NCBI GenBank assembly: GCA_009859145.1
Contig: VRVR01000011.1
Location: 312,756-376,755, forward strand
Source: Andalucia godoyi And28
Lineage: Eukaryota > Protista > Jakobida
Reading direction: 5' to 3'
Length of the DNA stretch: 64,000 nucleotides
Shown: piece by piece, positions 22,195-30,729 of the stretch
How the letters are laid out: every line of letters starts with the position of its first letter
Position numbering within the stretch: the stretch's first letter is position 1
Notes under the pieces: generated by a model
The model's database searches: none
The model's input: the letters and a program-made list of their open reading frames with translations, nothing else
Told to the model about the DNA's origin: nothing
Program-made: the position numbers and the translations under genes

Positions 22195-24033
22195 CTAGGA
22201 GCACCCACGTTGCAGCAGCAAACGAAGCCGTTCCATTTCCATTGCTACGTCCTTCAGCTCCCCCGATACGGATTTCTGCCGTTGCTCCAAAAACAGAAGG
22301 CGATTGTTTTCTGCCTGCCGAAATGTCTGAGTCTCGCGCAAGCGCTCAGCACGGTCTCGGAGAATAGCTTCCTTCATGTCTCGCTCGATCGACATCATGT
22401 CAAATTCCTTTTGCAAAACATCAAGCTTAACGGCTGCTGTTTGGCGCGCAGCCGATGCCCTGTCAAGTTCCTGCTCCACCGCTGATGGCAAAGACAGCAT
22501 TTTCTTGGTCCACAGCTCCGACGTGAAGCACGATATCGTGGTCGAACGCGATGTCATTGTCAATCGCACGGACGACTTTGGAGTGAATGCGGAGGACTTG
22601 AGAAGATACCCGAGAACAGAGACAGGACCAACGTCGCTCTGCCCAGAATTGCCACCCTGAATAAACAGCGCCCCATTACCAATCAAACAGCACGCATGCT
22701 CTGATCGACACCCTCCCGCGATGTTGCCCAGAAAAATCCAAGAGAAAACAAGGTCATCCAAGGAATATTCAGCATCTTGGAACTCCTCCTCTTCGTCTTC
22801 TTCTTCCAGATCGGAGTGCTGGCTGGACTCTGCATCAGCGTCATCATCCGAACAGTCAGTCGGTTCCTCAGCTGTCGGCATCGACACGCTCTGCATAGGT
22901 CGCTTTCGACATTCCAGCAGCCACACATCATCGAGCAGGGAAGTACCGTTGTCACCGCCTATCATGATCCAGCACGAATTGCCGATTCTTGTAAACGAAT
23001 GCCCGGCCCTGGCAGAAGGGCCGCGATCCCGGTGATCCCCATGCGCTAGATAATCTGTATCCAGACGAGCAGATGAGGCTGATCCAGCAGCCACATCAAC
23101 GACCAACAAGTCTGCGAAGCGGACGTCATTATTCATCCCTCCAAACACCAGTATCCGACTTCTAGACAGCGCCGCCGAAGCGTGACCAATGCGAGCAGTG
23201 AAGTCCCATTTCGTGGAGGCTCCCGGAGTCGGACCCACAAACGACCATGTCCCGGACCGCCTTGGATTCTTCGGTTCATGGGGTGTGCTCCATTTCCACA
23301 CCCAGCAGTCGGAAGTGGCCCGTATCCCGTCAAACCCACCCGTCAGCACAAAATCTGGAAGATCAGAGGAGGAGACTTCGGAGTGCACCGGACTGCCAGA
23401 AAGCAAAGAGACTGAGGAAAACGATCTCGGACACGGGGCTGACTTGGAATGCGGCATCTGTGCTGGGGCAGGAGTAGACACGATGTATGGGAGCCAAGAA
23501 AAATCGCCTGTTTCAACGCCTTCGGAGTCAGCGTGGTCTCTCTTTTCAAGCTGGAGAGCGGCCTTGCATTTCCATCGGACCGAAAGGAAAACGGGAGAGG
23601 TGTCGAGTACGTTCCCTGCGTCATCCATTCCCCCAATTACAATCGCATCATGCGACGACACAACGACGGAGCACGCAGCCGACCTTCTGAGAAAATACGG
23701 ATCAGGAATAGGACGAGCATCGGGTCTATCCGTGGACGCGACGTCGACGGGCACCACGCTGTACCCTTCAGCACGCGACGGGTACAAGACAGGCGGGATC
23801 AGTGCTGCACACGGCTGATCTGGTCCGAGCACCACGACACACCCCGCCCACCCACACGAAACCGCTGATTTCAAGAGCTCGGGAGACTGCGTGCTGCTGT
23901 TGGAAGAAAGTGTCGGAAAGTACAGTGCGGCATGCGACGATTGAGGAGGAAGCGCAATTTCCCATGGAACCGTCCCAAACCCCATCCTCCACACAAAGTA
24001 AACAAACGACACGACACGACTGTTTAAAATCAA
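22195..24033 (-). CDS. Kelch-repeat protein with acidic insert and C-terminal coiled coil
   Basis: Repeated Kelch motifs (IVIGGMDD, FVLTGGFDG, ARIGHASA..ILVFGGMNN, ARAGHSFT..WIMIGGDNG, RSEHACC..LFIQGGNSG). Start may be ATG 23985. Confidence 0.85.
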   Translation of the reverse strand: MILNSRVVSFVYFVWRMGFGTVPWEIALPPQSSHAALYFPTLSSNSSTQSPELLKSAVSCGWAGCVVVLGPDQPCAALIPPVLYPSRAEGYSVVPVDVASTDRPDARPIPDPYFLRRSAACSVVVSSHDAIVIGGMDDAGNVLDTSPVFLSVRWKCKAALQLEKRDHADSEGVETGDFSWLPYIVSTPAPAQMPHSKSAPCPRSFSSVSLLSGSPVHSEVSSSDLPDFVLTGGFDGIRATSDCWVWKWSTPHEPKNPRRSGTWSFVGPTPGASTKWDFTARIGHASAALSRSRILVFGGMNNDVRFADLLVVDVAAGSASSARLDTDYLAHGDHRDRGPSARAGHSFTRIGNSCWIMIGGDNGTSLLDDVWLLECRKRPMQSVSMPTAEEPTDCSDDDADAESSQHSDLEEEDEEEEFQDAEYSLDDLVFSWIFLGNIAGGCRSEHACCLIGNGALFIQGGNSGQSDVGPVSVLGYLLKSSAFTPKSSVRLTMTSRSTTISCFTSELWTKKMLSLPSAVEQELDRASAARQTAAVKLDVLQKEFDMMSIERDMKEAILRDRAERLRETQTFRQAENNRLLFLEQRQKSVSGELKDVAMEMERLRLLLQRGCS

Positions 24034-24279
24034 ATCAAAGATAGAAAATACAAACGAAAAACTTTAAAACGGAACCTTGAAAATCCAATGATTATGGAGA
24101 CACGAGAATGCGCTCGGAAACACGCAGCATCAACTGCAGAGTCCCCTTGATGCAACCAGACTTGCCAAAAGTCACGGAATGGGGGGCTGAGGGCAAAATA
24201 CAAACTTGATGCCCTCCTTTCTCTTATTATAATCATAATTTATTATTTTAAGAGAGTTATTGCAATTATATTACGATTC

Positions 24280-24329
<50 letters not shown>

Positions 24330-24330
24330 G
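24280..24330. repeat. (TTG)17 microsatellite
   Basis: Directly visible; it creates the spurious poly-Leu N-terminus of the Rac ORF. Confidence 0.95.
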
Positions 24331-24342
24331 AATTTGGATAGA

Positions 24343-24933
24343 ATGGGAGAGGTGGCAAAGGCAATCAAGTTGGTTGTGGTTGGGGACGGCGCAGTTGGAA
24401 AGACCTCGCTTCTTCTTGTTTATGCAAACAATGAGTTTCCTGAAAAGTACGTTCCGACTGTGTTTGATAACTGCACAGTGAATGTATCTGTGGATGGGTC
24501 GACGATCCAGCTGTCGCTGTGGGACACTGCAGGACAGGAAGAGTACGACCGCCTGCGCCCGCTTTCGTATCCGAACACACATGTGTTTCTTGTATGCTTC
24601 TCTCTTGTGGATCGGTCGTCTTATGCAAATGTTCTTCAGAAATGGTATCCCGAGGTCCGTCACAACTCTCCAGACACCCCGATTATCCTGGTAGGAACAA
24701 AAGCGGACTTGCGAGAAGACGCCGCGGCAAGAGGGCAGACCCCCATCACTGCACAAGAAGGAGAGACACTACGGTCCCAAATCAAGGCTATTCGGTACGT
24801 CGAGTGTTCTGCGCGCACGGGCTTCGAGGTCCACTCTCTCTTCAACGAGGCCATTCGAGCGGTCCTCAGAGGCTCCGACGGCCGTGGAGGTTCAAACGGG
24901 AAGAAGAAGAAGAAGGGCTGCTCTATCGTGTAG
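24343..24933 (+). CDS. RAC: Rac/Rho family small GTPase
   Basis: [55 protein letters not shown]; polybasic tail plus CSIV CaaX. Confidence 0.95.
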   Translation: MGEVAKAIKLVVVGDGAVGKTSLLLVYANNEFPEKYVPTVFDNCTVNVSVDGSTIQLSLWDTAGQEEYDRLRPLSYPNTHVFLVCFSLVDRSSYANVLQKWYPEVRHNSPDTPIILVGTKADLREDAAARGQTPITAQEGETLRSQIKAIRYVECSARTGFEVHSLFNEAIRAVLRGSDGRGGSNGKKKKKGCSIV

Positions 24934-25364
24934 TCTTGTTTTCATCATCAATTTTTTCCCCCTGTTTTTTATTTTTTGTTTTGTTTTCTGTTTTTGGCGT
25001 CCTTTTCTATTCGTCTTCTCACCCCTCTCCTTCTAGGCTGTTTTGCATTGGCTCTGGAAACCTTCACACACCCCCTCATTGTTGTTGTTTGTGCTCTACG
25101 GAAGAAAAGTTAGTCAGTTTGTAGTCTCGTGTCCTTGTTTTCTGTTTCTTGTTGGCCTTTTCTTCTTCTTCCCTAGTTAAATTAAACTTCATTTGTTTTA
25201 TCTTGCATCGGTCACGTCTTGTTGGCTGGTGATTTGTCCTTTGTTCTCAGGACGCTTCCAAAGTAAAACGCCACAACGACGACGATGACGATAAAGAAGA
25301 GGAGTGGCTGATTGTGTGTGCGTGGGCTGGGCGGTTTATGTTGTTCGGGGCTGGGGGTTGGGGT

Positions 25365-27809
25365 TTAAGCGAGGAAGACACGAGCTTCAAAGCGATACTT
25401 CAGATTGTTTTCGTCGGTCCATTGGGGATAGTTCGTGCCCCAGACGTTGTTGTGAAGACTGAAATGAAACTCGTCGTCCAGCGGCTGGGAAGAAAGAGGG
25501 GTAGGGAAGGCGGACATCATCCCCACAGAGACCAATGCGGCATCCAGACTTACAAACTGCACCCCGCGAACAGTGGGAACGGTTGCGGGCGAGCGGCAGT
25601 CGCTCCCAGACAGCAGGCTTGTCATAGCAACGCCTCCGTCCGCGACGGCATGTAAATGATGGGAGCCGTTCGTGAGGATGGTGGCCGGCGAGATCCACGA
25701 ACCAATCTTGTTCAGCTTCCAGTCTGACGCTGAGGACGACAAAGTGGTACCGAACGTCATCCAGCCGGCTTCTGGCACTCGGCTGGACGTTTTGTTGAAG
25801 AACTGCACGGTCACCGCAAATCCAGTGTACGAACCCAGCGGGCTCGAGGAGTTTCCCGAGCCACAGGCACTGTACGATATCCACACAGCATTCGGAGCAC
25901 CTGCTAATGATACAAGAGAAGCGTCAAACGCAACCTGCAGGTGAACGGTACCATGTTCTGCAGAATACCACAAAGACTGAAGCTTCCCGTGATTCACAAC
26001 GGACATTGGAGACGGATTTGCAGGAGAGTCTGCAAGGCCCGGCTTGCCGAAATCTTTTGGAAACCACGGCGAAGACGGATCATAATTGTACGAGTTCAGA
26101 AAACTGGCGAAGTCGTCACTGTTCATGTTTTGATACGACACCAACCCCATCGATTTTGTGGATCCCTTCTTCAAGATGGAGACGCCGGATTCGCGCTCCA
26201 AGGCACTGGTAATGCCTCCATTGGAAGGATCAAACGTGAGCTGCATGGTCCCCACGACAAACGGCGCATCCACCAAATCAGAAGGCGCATACTTCTTGTA
26301 CGTCGAATCCAACACAGGAACCGATGCAAGTGTCGCGTCCTTGATCGCTTGCTCGATGGAGGTCTGCAAATTAGTGCCAAACAGTTCGAACGACGGAAGT
26401 GTCCATGGGAAGAGCCGCTGTTCCGCGATGGAAGTCTGCACAAGATGGTAGTTAGAAGAGTGAACTTGGGCATTCTCGAATTGGGCGTTCGTCCAGTTCA
26501 CATTGTCATGGAGGTAAGTCTTCACATCCAGCATCCACGTATGCTCAAATGCCTTACTGGTGTACAGCGCTACGAAACGAAGAGCGTCAGGATCAATCGA
26601 CTCGCACGGCTGGCTACTCGAAAAGAATCCAGAGAAGGAATCTGTCCCTGGGGGGTTTGGGATGCCCAGACATTGCTGAATCGTGCGAATCACTGCTCGG
26701 GCAGTTGCTGTCTTAAGCGGATCCGCTTGTGATCCATGGATCCACGTGTCGCCCATTTCACCATCAGGCGTGACCGGAATGAGGTCCTTGTATTTCCACG
26801 CGATGTTGGTAAAATCATCCAAAATCGCGGTGGACACCGAAGCCCCCGGATACTGACTCGCAATCTGTGCCATGACCGCAGTGAACTCCTCCATTGTATG
26901 CGGTCCCGCGTTGTCGCCCTTCCATGCATAGCATTGGACGTGGACTACACCAGATGCTTGCGGGTCGTCCGATTCCGCAGGGACTGCCAGTTCCACGCAA
27001 TCTGCTGGCGTAATCCCTCCGTATCCACCGGGGTGGTACAGCAGGAGAATGTCTGCACCCGACTCCTCGTCAACCCACCGAGACAGCTTCGGCACTCCAA
27101 TAGGCGCCGATGCACCATTTGCACCCAAGGACAGCGCGTGCACACCAAACTTTGCAAGCAACGGAACCACCGCCCTTGTCAGTCCTGGGACATCGCGCTG
27201 CGACATGGTAGTTGTAAACGGAACCCCAAAGTCGATTTCCAACGACCGTGCAAGGTTGATGGACGATGCGAACATCCACTCGTTCATGAGCTCAGGTTCT
27301 CCATTGAACGGAAATGCATGCCATGCAAGATCGCCTCTTTGCATCGCTTGTATCACATCCTGCTGCTGCTTGGAAGAAGGGCACTTGAGCCCTAGTTCCA
27401 GCAAATGGGGGTCAGGAAAGCAGTGAATGTAGAAGTTCAGCAGAAACGCGCCTCCCTCCATCGTCCACGTGTACTTTGTCCCAGCTGCTCGCGCCTGTGC
27501 AGCAGTGTCCATTGCTCGCGGGATATACTCGTAGAAGTACCGATTCATCACATTCACGAGAAGCCCAACTTCAGACTCGTTCTTTGCATTCGGAGGCAAT
27601 GCGAACCCCGCATCAAAGTGGTTGCTGAACACCACATGAACAATGGTCTGCGAACTCGTATTCGAACTCGTTCTCAATTGTTCTCCACCTCTGCACAAAC
27701 TGCACAAACTGCAAAGGAAAACCAATGCACAGATAGCATACAACATCTCGAGTCCAAGCCGCACAATCATTCTTTTCCCCGGCTCAAATCCTCTCACACA
27801 CACAAACAC
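25365..27809 (-). CDS. Secreted GH38-like glycoside hydrolase (DUF5054-type)
   Basis: Signal peptide (likely start 27770 or 27746); VHVVFSNHFDAGF, WHAFPFN, DVPG, GEMGDTWIHG, EHTWMLDVK, FHFSLHNNVWGTNYPQW match my recollection of the DUF5054/GH38-like family. Confidence 0.75.
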   Translation of the reverse strand: MFVCVRGFEPGKRMIVRLGLEMLYAICALVFLCSLCSLCRGGEQLRTSSNTSSQTIVHVVFSNHFDAGFALPPNAKNESEVGLLVNVMNRYFYEYIPRAMDTAAQARAAGTKYTWTMEGGAFLLNFYIHCFPDPHLLELGLKCPSSKQQQDVIQAMQRGDLAWHAFPFNGEPELMNEWMFASSINLARSLEIDFGVPFTTTMSQRDVPGLTRAVVPLLAKFGVHALSLGANGASAPIGVPKLSRWVDEESGADILLLYHPGGYGGITPADCVELAVPAESDDPQASGVVHVQCYAWKGDNAGPHTMEEFTAVMAQIASQYPGASVSTAILDDFTNIAWKYKDLIPVTPDGEMGDTWIHGSQADPLKTATARAVIRTIQQCLGIPNPPGTDSFSGFFSSSQPCESIDPDALRFVALYTSKAFEHTWMLDVKTYLHDNVNWTNAQFENAQVHSSNYHLVQTSIAEQRLFPWTLPSFELFGTNLQTSIEQAIKDATLASVPVLDSTYKKYAPSDLVDAPFVVGTMQLTFDPSNGGITSALERESGVSILKKGSTKSMGLVSYQNMNSDDFASFLNSYNYDPSSPWFPKDFGKPGLADSPANPSPMSVVNHGKLQSLWYSAEHGTVHLQVAFDASLVSLAGAPNAVWISYSACGSGNSSSPLGSYTGFAVTVQFFNKTSSRVPEAGWMTFGTTLSSSASDWKLNKIGSWISPATILTNGSHHLHAVADGGVAMTSLLSGSDCRSPATVPTVRGVQFVSLDAALVSVGMMSAFPTPLSSQPLDDEFHFSLHNNVWGTNYPQWTDENNLKYRFEARVFLA

Positions 27810-28140
27810 ACTCGATCACTCAGTCGCTCTAATCGCTCTAATCGCATGTGTTTATGAGACCAAAAAATTCGAACTGCCGATGAATAATAACACGTCATTG
27901 TCATGCATGCGGAAGGAAGTATACATGAACAGACACGGTCAACACTGGCCGACACTAGCACGTTTGTTTCACAGGGGAATTCGTGCTTACGCACGCTCGG
28001 CCGAAATTCAGCCGGTGACACAGGCTCCGCATTTTCGACACTCTTTAGCGCAGCATCCGTAGCCATCTATTCTATCATTCGTTGGTTTCACTTTTTTTGA
28101 TTTCACTTTTTTATTCAAATATGGGCGTGAGTGCGCTGGG

Positions 28141-28398
28141 ATGACGCATTCGCCTACGCCTACGTCGCTCGATACAGGGCCGTCAGAATCAAAATGCACC
28201 CTTCTCAGGAGCAACGTGTCACGCTGAGAAAAGCGGCTCACCGATTGATCGAGATTGGGAACGGAGCGCGGAGCGCGGAGCATCTATCTGAAGAATGCCG
28301 TGAGGCGTGTTGGAGCCTATCCCCTTCGCGGCAACGGGATGCAAGACTGAGTATGCATGTCTATTCGTGGATATGCATGTTCAGTGCATAATGTAGGC
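28141..28398 (+). mobile_element. Internally deleted Fanzor2/TnpB (IS607-type) non-autonomous relic; left end uncertain
   Basis: RAVRIKMHPSQEQRVTLRK (28176-28232) resembles the TnpB/Fanzor N-terminal motif. It is joined to IDRDW-NGARS-IYLKN (28244-28296), a RuvC-III-like motif restored by removing one G (28259) and a 7-bp tandem duplication (28275-28281). A structured 3' region follows. Confidence 0.72.
28297..28398 (+). ncRNA. Putative Fanzor omega-RNA scaffold; the guide would start at ~28398-28399
   Basis: Hand-folded: stem 28297-305/28323-332; apical GGA/UCC stem with loop GCCUA; 15-bp helix 28347-361/28370-384 (3 G-U pairs) plus 5 bp 28339-343/28385-389; loop GCCUA (28315-19) is complementary to UAGGC (28394-98), forming a pseudoknot. 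It overlaps the 3' end of the restored RuvC frame. Confidence 0.62.
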
Positions 28399-28669
28399 GT
28401 TTCTCCAAGGGGGAAAGGAAAACATAAAAAAACGGACACCAAGTAACCCCCCGACTACCGACTGTAAAAGAAAACAAAAACAAAACGAAAACACAACCTA
28501 GTCTCAAGTACCTCGACAAAGGCAAGCAAGCATCACATTCTCGGGGGAGCGACAGCCCTTTCTGGGAAAATCTATTTTTGATCTTCTCTGAGAGAGCGCC
28601 AAAATAATCGAAACAGTCTGGTTTTTTGTTTTTTGTTTTTGTTTTTACTTTCAGTTTGAATTAAGAGAA

Positions 28670-28708
<39 letters not shown>

Positions 28709-28819
28709 AAGAGAGAGAAAACATAGATTTGCTTGTTTTGTAGGACTGTTTAGTTTGAGAGAAAACCTTCTTTTTTTAAATTATTATTATTATTTTCATT
28801 CATTGAGAAGAGGTGCAAA

Positions 28820-29626
28820 ATGGGCCGGCGAAAGATTACGATTTCTCGACTTGATGACGATCGGAACCGACATGTGACGTTCCATAAGAGAAAAGCAGGT
28901 CTTTTCAAGAAGGCAATGGAGCTTTCGTTGCTTTGTGGGTGCGAGGTTGCGATGATTATTGTAAGTGAGCCGCAGCTTGGATCGACTCTTCACGAGTACT
29001 GTTCCGTTGATCCACGGATCATCCTGAACCGCTACTTTGCCAAGGCGCATGAAGAACACGAATGCATTATTAATGAGGACTACTTTACGTCTGGGCTTGC
29101 AAATGCAGAGAAGAAGGCTCGTACGGGTCCGTTTCGGTCGCGACAGTGGTCCGTGCCTCCATCCTCCTCTGGCCCATCCTCATCCTCGTCCGCGTCGTCA
29201 TCGGCCCCGACATCTGTCGGGGGCGGAGGTAATCTGGCTACTGCGAGCAACCATGGAGTTCCGGTTTCGAGTTCGTCGATGAACTCGGGATATCCTAACC
29301 AGGGAATCAGTACGCTCGGGATGCATCATCATAACCACCACTCGTCGGCAGCGCACACGATTCATCATCATCCACAGGCTCTGCAAACACCCACTGCGAG
29401 TATTCCGCTGGTTTCTCGATCCAGCAGCAGTACGAATCCGCTGTCCTCTACGTATCCCGCGAGCGAATTGCTGCAGACCCCACTCGTTCCGCTGCTTCCA
29501 AACAGTCTCTATGGGGCAAATCCCAACAACGGCGGCTATAGCAGTCAGATGGTAGCCCAGAATAAGAAGAAAAAGACGAACCACAAAGCACCGGCTCTCC
29601 CAGTCGAGAGCGATGATTATAGCGAC

Positions 29627-29679
<53 letters not shown>

Positions 29680-30382
29680 CGACAACAACAGCAACAACAA
29701 CAGCAACAACAACAACAACGACGACGACGATAGTGGTAACAAAGATGGAGTGGCCGAAAGTGGTGTTGAGGGCGACGGCAAGAATGGTGGCATCAATCGG
29801 AAGCGAGAAAAAAAAGGACAACAAAGAAAGCCGAAAGATGTGTCGTCTGCGTCCAGAGGGTCGAAGAATTCTCAGTTCTCCCTTCAGATGACCCCGCAAT
29901 TTCAGCAGTCTGCTTCATCACCGTTTCAGCCATCGAAGAGGCTGGCAGAAGACTCGCATCCTACGATTCCTCTCAAGCGCCGACGAGAAATGTCTCTGGA
30001 TATCCGCGGAGGACCACAACATCAGCTGTCTGCGTCCTCCTCCTCCAATCTTCTGTCCACCGGGAGTAACACTGGAGGCCTTAGGATGTTTGCTCCTACG
30101 ATTGTTTCTCCCTCCAGCCTGCTCCCGTCATCCATGGGTTCTTCGTTGATCCATCCGACCTCTGCTTCAGGTCACCCTTCTCTGTTCGGTCCTCCTTCTC
30201 TGCAGTCTGTTCCGCACAACATCGGCCATACGTCCCACGCGGGCTCTGGTTCAATGGGAATGCCTCCGATTCCAATGAGCACATCAGGACTCGGGCCAAA
30301 TGCGATTCCTGGCCTGGTGACTCCGACCGGAATGTTCATCTCTCCGACGACTCCTTTTAGTAAGGAAGACTGGTGGAAGTAG
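28820..30382 (+). CDS. MADS-box transcription factor, MEF2-like (type II)
   Basis: MGRRKITISRLDDDRNRHVTFHKRKAGLFKKAMELSLLCGCEVAMII; long Ser/Pro/His-rich tail with poly-Asp and poly-Asn tracts. Confidence 0.93.
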
Positions 30383-30729
30383 TGATCGTATTTGAGCCCA
30401 TCATCGTTGTCCTCCCCGCTCTGCGTTTGTTCTCCGACCCTGCTCGTGAAGCAACTTCCATTTCACGCCTCTCACCACGCAGAATTGTCCCCAGTTTTTG
30501 TATTCCGTTCTTTTTAAAATTGATTCTTGAATGATCATTGTCTTGCCAAATCGGTGTTCTTTTTTGTTTTGTTTACTGTCTTCGTGTCGTCAAGTTTCTG
30601 ACAGGCATTTCAAACGAAGGCGAGGGACGTTCGATGTCCGCATCTTTTGGAAGGAAAAAAAAAAGTAGTGATCAGAAAATCATTTAAATGAGTGGGCCGT
30701 AATTAACACAGACAGCAAACCCCACGATG

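Noticed and set aside
24280-24342. Poly-Leu signal peptide on Rac
   Set aside because: Artefact of a TTG-initiated ORF through a (TTG)17 microsatellite; the real start is ATG 24343.
28151-28399. MITE defined by CGCCTAC/GTAGGCG terminal inverted repeats
   Set aside because: Only 7 bp and no flanking TSD; better explained by the Fanzor/IS607 end structure.
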